A stretch of 64,000 nucleotides of DNA from Eledone cirrhosa (taxonomy: Eukaryota), in contig OZ024742.1 in NCBI GenBank assembly GCA_964016885.1, forward strand, positions 137,330,001-137,394,000. The letters are read 5' to 3'. This document shows, one piece after another, positions 41,790-54,550 of this stretch (within the stretch, counting starts at the first letter, position 1; the number at the start of each line of letters is the position of its first letter). A model generated the notes under the pieces. The model searched no databases. It saw nothing but the letters and a program-made list of their open reading frames with translations, and was not told the DNA's origin. The translations under genes were made by a program, and so were the position numbers.

Positions 41790-42255
41790 CTTGGAAACCT
41801 CTCTAATAAATCTTTAGGCAAGCCAGCACTATCGCAGCGTTACCTGGGGTGATGGCGAAGCTGAGGTGCTGGAACAACCAAGTACCCTCAGGAGCATCAC
41901 CAGTTACCTCTGTTTGGCAAGCCGCCAGTGAAGATAAGAACCTTGCTGTCAGTAGCCCGACTCCCCCAAACCTCTCGAACGCCACAGGCTGGATAATGTA
42001 GTTAGCTGACAGATCACGGTATTTTAGGATTTTGTTCCGTTCATCTGCGGATGCTGTAGATCTCGCCCTTTCCGCTGCATCCAGGATGTGGGAAGAAACA
42101 AAAGAGTCACTAACTGTGACGTCCCAGATAAGGCACCTGCCTCTAGGCCAGGAGCACAGAATAAGATCGTCAAGACATTTCTCAATTCTTGGCAACCCAG
42201 ACGGTACCAAAATGGAGAGGATGCTCGCCCAGGCCAAAGCTCTTAGGTGGTAACA
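41790..42255 (-). pseudogene. CRE-clade-like non-LTR retrotransposon RLE endonuclease fragment
   Basis: WPRGRCLIWDVTVSDSFVSSH...ADERNKILKYRDLSANYIIQPVAFERFGGVG...LFQHLSFAITPGNA. Confidence 0.7.
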
Positions 42256-42414
42256 GGACAGTGTGTGTATGTGCGCGCGCGTGATTTTGTCGGCGTTCTT
42301 AAATTAGAGACATGTATGTGTGTGTGTTTTTAAGTTACAGACATATATGTGTGTATCTCTTTCCGTCCCTTTACTCACACATACATTCACTCAAACACAC
42401 ATACACATTGTGTG

Positions 42415-43100
42415 GTAGACGTGTGGACAGAAGTCCCTCAAATGTATATACATGTGAATGGAGTTCCACTGAAGCAGTTACAGAAGTTCAAGTATCTTGG
42501 AGTCGTGTTCATGAGTGATGGAATGCAGGAGGCTGAATTACGTGCAAGAATTGCAAAATCTGATGCAGTAATGCACCAGCCTAAGCATACAACAATCAGA
42601 AGGAGTGGGTAGGTATAAAAGCCAAACTCGCTGTCTTCCTGGCATTCATGCCAAATGTTACCGAGGATCATGAATCTTGAGTAATGACCAAAAGAATACA
42701 ATTGCAAATAAAAGCGGCAGAAATGGGATTCCTCCGAAGGATCTTTGGAGTAACGTTACTCGATAAAGTGCATATCTCAGATACCAGAGAGTCACTCCTT
42801 GTACAGCCGCTACTTCTCCGAATTGAGAGCTCACAACTCCGATATTATGAGCATGTGGTTAGAGTGTCTCAGTATAGAAGCGCTGGACACATTTTACAGG
42901 CAAAACCAACCGGCAAGAGTCCCAGATGTAGACCCTGAGCAAGATAGTTGGATAACATCAATGAGCTTGGCTGCTCATGCTTCGGGATCCAGCTGGATCA
43001 GTTAGAGATGTTTGCTCCTGACAGACTCGCTGGGAGGAGTGTTTGAGAAGGACTCTGCCCCAACGGCCCTCTCAGAAATAATTGGACGGAGTGGAAGATA
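42415..43100 (+). pseudogene. RTE-clade LINE 3' fragment
   Basis: VNGVPLKQLQKFKYLGVVFMSDG; IKAAEMGFLRRIFGVTLLDKV...IESSQLRYYEHVVR...PTGKSPRCRP. Confidence 0.8.
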
Positions 43101-44027
43101 TTGTCAATTTACTTTTCAATTTACATATATATATTTGCGTATAATATGGACACTACATATGCTAGCAGAAAACCGCGCGCCGGCAGATTTTCTTCTAGTA
43201 TACTCAATTGAGTATTGGTATCATGGTAAATAAAAACTAAAACACTCAAGACATTATTCTGAACTATTTAACATTTTAACAGAAAATACAGAATATCTAA
43301 TGGTTTTATGAGTTTAACATAGATATATTAAATCAGGGTTTGCTTGATATTAGTAAATATGAGATAAATCTAGAGGTGGCATCGCATCCTATTTAAACAT
43401 ATTTTATCCACTCTATCGAATATACCCTTCAGTTTTGCAATGCTTTCAAAAAGATTTTCCAGGTATTTTATATCCAAACATTCGGTCAGCAAGAATGTTT
43501 TACATAAATTGGTCAGGCATATGTAACTGTCCTTTGAAGTATTTCTTGAGATTACATCTATACAGTAAACCATTCATATTTTTTTCCAATATTTTCATTC
43601 ATTCTTTCATTTATATATTCCAGTGGTGGCTTTCATGTATTTTTTTGGGGGGGCGGGGGGTATATTATGTTAAATTTCCATTTCAAATTTTTTTCATTTT
43701 TCAATTTGTATATATTCTGCAACATACTTGTAGAACATGAGACATTTCTGTGTCGAGGAAAATTTTCTATGGCATTCCAGTACACAGAGATGTATTATTT
43801 CAACATATATCATGCGTCACTGATTATTAATCCAGTCTAAGACAACTGTGAATGTTTCATACGTGTATGAATTTATCAGAAGCATTTCAAATATTCCCAG
43901 TAATAAGAAAAAATCTAAAGACGAACACGAATATATGTATATATATATATGTACACATATATATAGATATATATGTGTGTGTATATATATATACATATAT
44001 AAATATATGTATGTTTGTGTGTGCATG

Positions 44028-44154
<127 letters not shown>

Positions 44155-44442
44155 GTGCGTGGTACATATAATAAAATAATAGGCTTGTAGACAGTGAGTT
44201 TAAAGCTGTGTTCACTATGAGAAGCTGAATCTTTGGCGCATACAGTCATGTATATATATATATATATATATATATACTTACACGCACACGTACACACATG
44301 CACAGATACACATGCTTGCGTATATATCAAGTTATATGTACCTCAATATATAGTATATATATATATATAAATATACAGAGTGAGAGAGAGGAGCGCGATA
44401 GTGAGAAAGAATAGATAGATGCGTACATAAATACATGCTTAA

Positions 44443-44724
44443 ATACATACATACATACATACATACATGCATACATACACACACACACACACACACACAC
44501 ATACATACATACATACATACATACATACATACATACATACATACATACATAAATACATACATACATACACACACATACATACATACATACATACATACAC
44601 ACATACATACATACATATATACATTCATACACACACATACATACATACATACATACATACATAGATACACACACACATACATACATACACACACATACAT
44701 ACATACACACACACATACATACAT

Positions 44725-44761
<37 letters not shown>

Positions 44762-44864
44762 TACATACATACATACATACATACATACATACATACATAC
44801 ATACATACATACATTCATACACACACACACATACATACATACATAAACACACACACATACATAT

Positions 44865-44897
<33 letters not shown>

Positions 44898-44973
44898 TAC
44901 ATACATACATACATACATACATACATACATACATACATACATACATACATACACACACATACATACATACACA
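44443..44973. repeat. Compound (TACA)n/(CA)n microsatellite
   Basis: Direct inspection; explains the overlapping low-complexity ORFs. Confidence 0.95.
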
Positions 44974-45574
44974 TTTAGTTCAATTTCCATGAATATATTG
45001 AAATATATACTACACGCCTTTAATGCAAATAAACACAGTAAACAAATGTGTGTCTAGAGTGATTATATATGTGTGTAACGTGATTAGGCATCTTTTGGGT
45101 GTAACGTTTTTCAGACAAGCGTGTATATATTCGGATTCAATGAAGCATACTTCTGAAAACTATAAATACACTCAGAAAGCAGGTACCCAGTATATTTAGC
45201 TTCAAAAACAAGAGCTACATTATACTCAAGTCCTAATATATACAAAGTTAGCATGCATTAATACATTTTCAAAAACTATTTCTAACAGTTTGTCAGGTTA
45301 AAAAGAATGAGGGAGAAATAAACAGAGAAATGGGAGAGAGGAGTGGGTGGCGAGTGAGAGAAATAGAGAACTAAAGCAGAAATGTCTTCCGATTCTTAAA
45401 CGTTCTCTTTCCATGTGTCTAGTATATATTAACGATAAAAACAAACATCAGATATTTGCAACTCATTGTTCAAAGGTTAGTCAATCTCATGGAGCAAGCG
45501 GTCGAAATGGAGAAGGTATTGATCCGGAAAATGGCGAGGAAAACACCCTGGACCAGTCTCTTTAATTCACAGGG

Positions 45575-46401
45575 TCTGTGGTTTTTATCACATATGGTTG
45601 GTCTTTGAATGTTACTTGTTTTATATGGAAAAAAGTGGCTCGAAACGCCAGGTTTTTAGAGAAGTAATTTGATTGGTTAGTCAATAATTATAATAAATTT
45701 CGCGCCAGTTCGCGTTACAAAGTTCTTCAAACAAGAGAGGGGGGTGGCTCAGGTTGTTTTTTCATATAGGAGTGTTTGAATTTCCTTTTACTTAAAAAAA
45801 AGGAGGCTCACGAAGGCTTTTTTTTAAATAAACGTAATTTGATTGGTTATAAATGAAATTATGGCTGTCACGTGAACAAGTTTTCATTAAAATTCGCGCC
45901 CGTATTTGGAAATTTATTCTGTAGCCTTTTTAGAGAATTTTATGACAAGCAAAAGATAATGGTCAAGAGAAATGGGATGGGAGAATTGTTCTGGTTCAGT
46001 GAATATGGTTAGTTCGCTGGGGTGTCAGAATTCAGATTTTCTATTGAAATAAAGAAAGTAAAGATATGTATGTTTATTTGTGTGCTTGTTTGAGGAACTT
46101 TGAAACGCGAACTGGCGCGAAATTTATTATAATTATTGACCAACCAATGAAATTACTTCTCTAAAAACCTGGCGTTTCGAGCCACTTTTATCCATATAAA
46201 ACAAGTAACATTCAAAGACCAACCAGATGTGAGAAAAACCACAGAACTTCCACCTCAACTCTACTTTTAAAAGCAGAAGAAGTGCGAAACCGGTAAAGGA
46301 ATCAAATAAATATATATATTTAAAAAAAATAAGACTCCAGTTGCATTTTCGATTTCATCTTTTTTTCTTTATACTTTCTTTTGTAAAAGAACCTCACTTT
46401 C

Positions 46402-46403
<2 letters not shown>
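45575..46403. mobile_element. Family K inverted-repeat element with 3' half of an HHR
   Basis: 45575-45735 inverted vs 46086-46245; gcGAAACcgGTAaagga near 46284-46300; tail ttttgtaaaagaacctcactt resembles the family I tail. Confidence 0.65.
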
Positions 46404-46482
<79 letters not shown>

Positions 46483-46574
46483 CAAATAACGAAACGAAAT
46501 TAAATTTCGTTTCGTTTGTAACTCACTTTTGTATGACTTTTGTAACTCACGTTTGTAACTCACTTTTGTATAAC

Positions 46575-46661
<87 letters not shown>

Positions 46662-46681
46662 CATACATACATACATACACT

Positions 46682-46717
<36 letters not shown>

Positions 46718-46891
46718 GCATATTTATAAAATTTTCGCTCTACATGGCTGAATACAATAAATGTAATCTGAGTTTTGCGAATATTAATAATAACATTCGA
46801 TTCGTTTGCAATTATGCAAACAAGCCTCAATTTTTAGCCATGTCAGTAAAATGAACACTTCGTTCTTGCTCTTGTGTTGGCATTCGAATAG

Positions 46892-46937
46892 AACTGCAGA
46901 CATAAATGTTTCTGGGTATCACCCTTCATCAGTACAG
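46892..46937 (-). ncRNA. Type I hammerhead ribozyme (family L)
   Basis: Minus strand: ctgta CTGATGA agggtgataccca GAAAC atttat GTC tgcagtt. Confidence 0.8.
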
Positions 46938-47468
46938 CTCACTGTCCACCTGCCAACCTGTCAGGGCTAGTGAAAATATATGCTATTTTCAAAAATACAA
47001 AGTGGCTGATCGGCCTCATTTGCATATTAGCAGACTGGCTGATCAGTCAGATCTTCATATTAGCAGATCCACTGATCATCCAGATTTGCATATCAGCAGA
47101 CTGGCCAGTCAGTTTCCTGTATACAAGCGATAAATGGCCGGCTTTGCCAAATTCAAATAAAAAAGAAAATGTTCGCTTTACATGGCTGAATACAATAAAT
47201 GTAATCTGAGTTTTTCGAATATTAATAATAACGTTTGATTCGTTTGCAATAACGCAAACAAGCCTCAATTTTATAGCCATGTCAGTAGAATGAACCCTCC
47301 ATACAGGAAACTGACTGGCCAGTCTGCTGATATGCAAATCTGGCTTATCAGTGGATCTGCTAATATGCAGATCTGACTGATCAGCTAGACTGCTAATATG
47401 CAAATCAGGCCGATCAGTCACCGTGTATTTTTGAAAATAGCATATGACAGTTTGGCAGGTGAACAGTC

Positions 47469-47516
47469 AACTGTACTGATGAAGGGGGATACCCAGAAAC
47501 ATTAGTGTCTGCAGTT
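47469..47516 (+). ncRNA. Type I hammerhead ribozyme (family L)
   Basis: aactgta CTGATGA agggggataccca GAAAC attagt GTC tgcagtt. Confidence 0.85.
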
Positions 47517-47669
47517 CTGTTCGCATGCCAACACAAGAGCAACAAGAATGAAGGGTTCATTCTACAGACATGGCTGTAAAATTGAGGATTGTTTGCATAA
47601 TTTCAAATGAATAGAATGTTATTATTAAAATTCGAAAAACTCAGATTACATTTATATATATATATATAT

Positions 47670-47833
47670 CAACACCACGCTAAAAATTTAGTTTAGACCA
47701 GAAATAGCCGCTGAAACGGCTTGAGCTCTGCCGTCGGAGTCCTGTCTCTTTTCCTATTACTCACTCTACTACCCAAAGTATCGAGTACTCTAGTGAGTTA
47801 TGGTCCAGCTGTTTCCTTACCACACTTCCTTCG

Positions 47834-47835
<2 letters not shown>
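47670..47835 (+). mobile_element. Family D diverged single-arm copy
   Basis: tagccgctGAAACggcttgagctctgccGTCggagt...ttccttaccacacttccttcgtta(ta)n. Confidence 0.75.
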
Positions 47836-47915
<80 letters not shown>

Positions 47916-48000
47916 ATACATGCATATATATATATGCATACATATATATACACACACACACACACATATATATATATACATATATATATATTCTGTTGAC

Positions 48001-48350
48001 GTACAAGTCAACAGATTATAATTCACTTCGTTTATTCATAATCCTGTAATATACATTTCGGTGGTAGCCGTTATGCGACAGTTATGACCTCACCAGACAG
48101 CTAGGAGTTGAAAACAAAGGAAGAAATAAAGCTTAATTCTCTTGTTTCGATCCAGTGATATGCCTAGGGCTGATATTTGGTGTTACTCTCTCAAAGCATG
48201 TTGAGAGTTATGATAAGGTCATAACTGTTGTATAATGGTTATCACGGAATTATATATAATAACATTTATTAGAATTATAATCTGTTGACTTGTACTTATA
48301 ATTATAATCTATCCTGCACACTAAATTTCGGTTATAATCTATCACATAAT
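48001..48350. mobile_element. Decayed fold-back element related to family N
   Basis: gtacaagtcaacagattataattc vs gaattataatctgttgacttgtac; minus strand ctgt CTGGTGA ggtcataac...cacc GAAA tgtatatt acag is a degenerate HHR. Confidence 0.55.
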
Positions 48351-48371
48351 TTTATACATATATATGTACTA

Positions 48372-48830
48372 TATGGTCGGGTCGTTGGTGACTAAACCGG
48401 CAACTCCACCAAACTAGCTTGGTGAGGAGGGTGATTATATGGACACCCTGCGGGATGAAATACAACAACCGGCAAAAGGGCGGGGGAAGTCAGCAGAGGC
48501 AACGCCCATACAAATAGTAGGTTTCTTTTTCATCAGTGTGTGAAAGGCCCCAGATGTTGTCATAACACCTTTCTAGGAGAGGGAAACTCTGGAAAAAAAA
48601 AACCTGCGGCTCGTAAACATCCGATGATGTTCTAGTTCTCCTTTTCGGATAGTCTTTTCGATGCTCAGAGAGTGGGACTGGTCGAGGGCAAGGCCTTTCC
48701 CCACTTAAAAACCTTCAGAGCACAGCATGCTTTTTCAGGATATATGTCTGTGTGGCTGGCGGTAGCCTAAAAGTGCACCAAAGTCTTTAATCTGACAAGC
48801 GATTGCAATACTCTTAGCAGAGTTTGCACT
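48372..48830 (+). mobile_element. Probable RTE-clade LINE 5' UTR fragment
   Basis: GC-richer island with ctaggagagggaaactctg...aaacc, resembling RTE 5' UTR sequence (recalled, not aligned). Confidence 0.45.
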
Positions 48831-48843
48831 CATCATATATATA

Positions 48844-48991
48844 TATATTAATAATAATAATAAATGTGAACAATATATCCAAAGAGGGCCGGATAAGGAT
48901 AAATATATATCAAATATATAAGAGCCATAGAGCAAATATTTATTAAAATAACAGATTAAAGTTTAAGCAAAGAATCGCTGCTTTCACCCTT
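48844..48991. mobile_element. Family A single arm
   Basis: Matches 2365-2495 and 2121-2168. Confidence 0.7.
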
Positions 48992-49389
48992 AACGGAATA
49001 TTCTACTTATATATATATTGGATTAGGTGCAAACGAAACAAAGCAGATGTCAACAACTAATGTGGAACTAGGGAATACTTATGTTAAGTTTGTGACTTAT
49101 ATTTGCATTACCTGAGGTTTCATACACTTACGCACATGTAAAACATTCAGATACTCTGAGATGTACAAAGAAAATCGAGATTTTCAGAGCAGGTTATCAA
49201 AAGGACATACATCGCTTACCTCAGATCACCTAGTGCTGTTGGTAATGCACCGACACCTCATCAATATATGTGTGTCATGACGCGCACCTTAGCTACATTA
49301 GGTCTAACCATGAGTGCTTTGGAAATGATATTGTATCTGACAGGTCTTTTCATTCATATTTATCTGCTACTTGTGGTATTTGTGTTGGT

Positions 49390-51260
49390 TTCATTTGATG
49401 TCTGAGGCTGGTGTTGGAAATTGTTGCGCGGCTTTTGCTGAACTTGCTGGTTCCATAATGGGAGTATATCCTTTCCACACATACACATGCCTGTCTGAAG
49501 TTAAGTACAGTGTTGTGGTATATCCAAGGCCAGTGGTTTGAAAATGGCTACCAATGCATTTCACCGTTTGGAGAAAAATGTCATGCCAACTCTCCTGTTC
49601 AGGGATATCGCAGGATTTTGCAATATGTCTCACGATTTATGTAGACACATGTGACATCTACAACTCCGGATGAGTATCGGTTTGGTCTGTGTAGGGTGCT
49701 CCATTTTATATTAGGGATTTTTATCTGTTGATCACGGATGCTCCAACTGAAACTGGATATGAAGTTGAAATGACCTCTTCTCATGCTATGTTGTGATGTG
49801 AGTGTGGTTCTCTGGGCCATAGAGTCTGAGAAACAGAGTGCATTTAGAGAATACTAGCAGGTTTCAGCAGTTACAGGTTGGTGTGCTCGTGTGTATGTAT
49901 GTGTGTGTGCATGTGAGTGAGTGCGTGTATGTGTTCGTGCGTCTTGTGCATTATGTGATTAGACGATTTTTATTTATACCTGGCGATAACGGAAGCGAGG
50001 TTATTTACGTAAGAGTATCTATCATTAACATCCTCAAAGTTCAATAGTTTTTGGTAGCTATAGTCATATTGCAAGTGGCTTCTAATTAGGGACAGGAAGT
50101 TCTTAGCTATATTCGAGGATACACCAAGACCGAAGGGACAATTAGATACATTTGTCTTTCTCTTTCTAGCTATTTTTAGTACGTTCGTGGTTCCTTCAAT
50201 TCCATTATCATTAGTGTCTCATTTTAATGGTGTAATGCAGCACTGTTGAGGATCTCTCTGTCAGTTGAGACCTTAGACATTATTTTGTTCATACGGTTCA
50301 CTAAGATTTTAACTATAGTTGGGGATGGTGCTGAGTTCCTATATATATGTTTCATCATCATCATACGTCACAGAGAATTACTGTTAAAAAAGTTTGATGT
50401 TCAGAGTGATATCGAGAAAATCTACTTTGTTTAAGTTAATGATAACAGCGATGTGAAAACCAAAAGTTTTCTGAAATTATCCGTTCCATGACTGTTCACG
50501 ATATTTCGAAGATATCGTCTCTATTCGGGGCTGAGAAATAAGAATGCATTCGTTTTTGAGAATGTCTACGATAACCACATTCCCGTCGTAGGATCTCATG
50601 GATACATTAATATTTATCAATATTGACCCAAATTGATAATGAAACCCTGGTAATTTCCTAGTGTTCCCGATTATCGTGATATCGAAGTCACTGATCTTAA
50701 ACAATTCATACCAGAAGCATTGGTTTTTCAGAAATGGGCGTTTCGATATCAAGATAATGCAACTACTATCTAAATTACTTAATTCTCAGTATTATGAAAC
50801 CAGTAGCTTACGGTTGATGGAGTGCCATTGGACGAGATTTCTCGCCTTTCTGATTTCAGAGTTGATGCTGTCGAGATTTTTCTAATTAGTTCTTCCCACC
50901 TCACTCTTAGCCCTCTAAATGATCCTGATTTCAGGGCTGGGGAAATGTTAGGGTCTTCAGACTTAAGAGTGACATAGGGAGTAGGATCGTGATTAATCAA
51001 CTGACTTGGGTTTCTATTTTGAGGAAAGTGGCTAGAACCTTTTCCCTGTGTTCCTCTAATCGCACATTGTAGCCTTGTGCTCTACTTTATTTTCATGATA
51101 ATATGTGTCATGCGCTATTGTGTGTGCCTATGCGAAGATTCAACGAGGACAAACAATATAGGTGGACGATAAAATACAAGGAATATATATTTTAGTTTAC
51201 TGCTTGATGCTGTAGCCAAAACATCTTAACGTATCAGACATTAGTCCTCCATCAGAAGCT
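49390..51260 (-). pseudogene. Highly decayed Naiad-like PLE (RT and GIY-YIG remnants)
   Basis: Minus strand fragments PYVTLKSEDPN, LENLDSINSEIRKARNLVQW, VSMRSYDG (cf. VTMGSYDG), WSIRDQQIKIPNIKWSTL...RYSSG; degenerate HHR-like text near 51210-51260. Confidence 0.55.
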
Positions 51261-51589
51261 AGAATAAGAGAGAGATATGAAGAAAAATGAATATAGACAA
51301 GATTAGAATAGGAAGAATCTTTAAAAGAAAATTACGGGAGGATAACATGTGTTGTTTAGTTATCCATAAAATATGTAAATTTTATAGATCAAGTACTAAG
51401 ATTATGCCTAGAGAATTTCAAGTTCAATCATGATCAATAAACATTAAACAGAATGAAAAGTTTGTCTAACATGTAATCCACATGAAATCAGGAAGTAAAA
51501 TTTGAGTTTAAAAAATCCAGGTTATTGTATGCGTGCATAGAGCATTAAAATAATTAATGTACAAGTATGATGAAGGAATATAAGACATT

Positions 51590-51975
51590 CTATTAGTCTT
51601 ACACGTGTCATTCAAAAAGAAGAAATATGAAATGAGGAAATTGAAAGAATTTCGTTTAAGCTGCATTATTGTATAAAGGAATAAAGTGATATACTAAGAT
51701 CTGAACATAAAATCAATTACTTTACCTTAACACCTATTTCCAACATACTGTTGTAACTTCAGATATATTAAAAAGTAAAAAAAATATGTAAAAGTAGAGC
51801 TCCTGCAGGAAAATATCCGAGCATCACAAGAACGTTATGATAATTCGATTTTATGCTCAGATCTTAGTATATCGTTCTATTCCTATATATTATAATGCAG
51901 CTTAAAGGAAATTCTTCCAATTACTATATTCCATATTTCCTTATGTTGAAACACAAGTAAGCCTAAATAAAATGC
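51590..51975. repeat. Old diverged inverted repeat, probable decayed fold-back element
   Basis: 51645-51720 vs 51841-51917 clearly complementary; GAAACacaaGTAagc in the right arm. Confidence 0.55.
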
Positions 51976-51987
51976 ATCCATTATTCT

Positions 51988-52118
<131 letters not shown>

Positions 52119-52413
52119 ACGTAACAGAATAACAGGAATAAATATTTTGCAACAATAACAAAGATATTTAATCCGTAAAGCCTTTTGGCAGGGTGCTTAG
52201 TGTGTCTTCGGTTTTGGTCATACGTACATTGCTATTATACGATAACCTTTTAGTAGAGTGTGACTGGTAATCATAGAGAAGTGACTTTATCTAGAAAGGC
52301 TACAATATATCTAATTGCCCACACTCTTATACGTGTACACTAAACTCAATTTGATCATGACATATGAATACATATATGTATGTATGCATATATATATATA
52401 TTTTTTTTTTTGT

Positions 52414-53725
52414 TTGAGTATATGTTGGTTGTATACCAACACCTCAGTATGCAGGCTGGAGCACTCGACGAAGTGCGCAGGTTGGTTTGGTTACTCCGGA
52501 GTAATGTAAAATAAAGTAAAATAAAAAGTCAAATGTTTAAAATTTAGCTTCGTTTATTACAGCTATATATATTTCGGTGACAGCCATCTTTGGCTGTGAC
52601 CTCTTCAGGCAGTCCGAATTAGTGTGGTATAGACAAGTACATATGTTGTTGAGGTGTATAATTTTGTCAATACTCTGATATGCCCAGTTCCTGGTTGGGT
52701 TGTTATTTCACTGACGAACTGGAATCATATGAATTCAAACAAACGAATTTCAGTGTCAAAGGGCCTCTTCTCCTCTCATTGGTCAGTTGTTAGAACATTC
52801 CTCATTCAAAAGTCTATAGAAGTTCGTTCTGAGGCAAGCCAATCTGTAATTGTTGTTCTTGTTATTGTTAGGTATATCTGACCTCAATTCTTGTGTTGGT
52901 AGTGTTGTTATTGCTGGAGTTAGCTTAAAAAATTGATAAAGTGGTAGAAGGAACAAGGTGGTAAAGGAACAAAATAACAAAAAAATGTCAAACTTCCCAT
53001 TGGTCAGTTTTGAGAGCATTCCTCAGTCAGAAGTCTATAGAAATTCTTTCTGGGGTGAGGCTCCCTGTAGTGTTTGTGCTTGCTATTGCAAGCACAAACA
53101 CCAATTAACCAGTAAATCACAGCGGTCAAAACCCAGATGGTCACCAAAGGAGAATATCCATCCATCTGCGTTTACACATCAAATGCAAATCTGTGAATGA
53201 CACGAACTACGTGTTGCATTTTATAAAAAATACAGACATCATCCCAGTGGCGTGAATAGGATTATCGACAGCTAGAAATAGCAGCCGAGTCCATGATAAA
53301 GACAGGTACACATGTTGTTGAAGTGTGTTTTACTCCGTCAATAAATCGATATGTCCAGCTCCTGGATGTGTTGTTATTCCGCCGAGGAACTAGAATCAAA
53401 TGGTTCCAGTTCCTCGGAGGAATAACAACACACCCAGGAGCTGGACATATCGATGTATTGATGGTGTAAAACACACTTCAACAACATGTGTACCTGTCAT
53501 TTCCACACCAATTCGGACTGCCTGAAGAGGTCACAGCCAATGATGGCTGTCACCGAAATATATATATAGCAATAATCTTTAATTTATAATAAACGAAGCC
53601 AAATTTTACATATTTGTCTTAATTATTTTACATTGCTCCGGAGTAAACAAACCAGCCTGCGTACTTCGTCGAGTGCTCCACTCTGCTTACTGAGGGGTCG
53701 GGGAACAACCAACATATACTCAAAA
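52414..53725. mobile_element. Family N HHR fold-back element with nested palindrome
   Basis: Arms 52414-52735 vs 53392-53725; additional palindrome 53301-53498; HHR in both arms. Confidence 0.8.
53519..53571 (+). ncRNA. Type I hammerhead with (UA)n stem III (family N)
   Basis: tgc CTGAAGA ggtcacagcca atga tggctgtcacc GAAA tatatata TA gca; inverted copy at 52562-52611. Confidence 0.75.
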
Positions 53726-53919
53726 TATTTACACACACAAATCTGTCGACGGCCATTCATTGCCTTAGAGGATAATGTTCTTCTGTGAAGTGTATCTTCT
53801 TCACCTGTGTGTTTGCAGCTGACGACCTTTGAGCCTATGTAGATAAAGCTAACGGTTCTTCTCCAAATATTCCATTATCGTTATCTATGTTTAAATACAT
53901 ATACAAAGTTTTTGCGATG

Positions 53920-54300
53920 TTTAGTTCCAGGCCAACAATCTTAAGTTAGAGATGTATAATACACTATGCCTGCCAGTGTTTCTTTATGACTGCGAGACAT
54001 GGATCATGCATACGCAAAAACAAAAGAGAGCAGTGAGCACATCTCGCACGAATTGCCTATGCATTATCTCTGCTGTAACATACCATTATCGCATAACAAA
54101 TACAGAAATGTTCACACACACAGTACAGTCACATCTCTATGCCCAGGTTCAAAACTGGTGATTGACATGGATTGGTCATCAAATCCGGCATTCCATTAGT
54201 AACTTCCATGTCGAGTTGTCTTCTACTACATTAACTACCGGTAGACCCGAAGACCACATTGCAAAATATTGTCACAAAAGAAGTAAATTGAAAAGTCACT
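53920..54300 (+). pseudogene. Decayed RTE-like LINE fragment
   Basis: YNTLCLPVFLYDCETW...CLCIISAVTYHYRITNTEMF...W.GH. Confidence 0.55.
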
Positions 54301-54376
54301 GGAATTCAGCAAAAGGCCAATAATAGAAAGAATTTAGCAGCTTTTATTTTATCTCCCTCATGACATTATGACATTA

Positions 54377-54550
54377 CAGTATCGGTAGAGCGTCAGACAT
54401 TACGCTTTGCAGCATAGAGTTACGTCCCTTTATGGTCTGATTTCAAATCCCGCCGAAGTTAACTTTGCCTTTCCTCCTTACGGGGTTGATAAAATAAAGC
54501 CCCATTAATGCACCCTGGTAGTTGCTGGCCTTGTGCCAAAAGTAGAAACC
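54377..54550 (+). mobile_element. tRNA-derived SINE
   Basis: cagtatcggtagagcgtcagac...ttcaaatcccgccgaagttaactttgcctttcctccttacggggttgataaaataaag...ggccttgtgcc. Confidence 0.75.

Larger units (their letters stand above)
46731..47655. mobile_element. Family L retrozyme-like element: tandem 438-nt unit on the minus strand plus an inverted copy
   Basis: 46734-46858 repeats at 47172-47298; 47301-47655 is the inverted copy of about 46755-47123; HHR in both arms; TA flanks. Confidence 0.85.
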
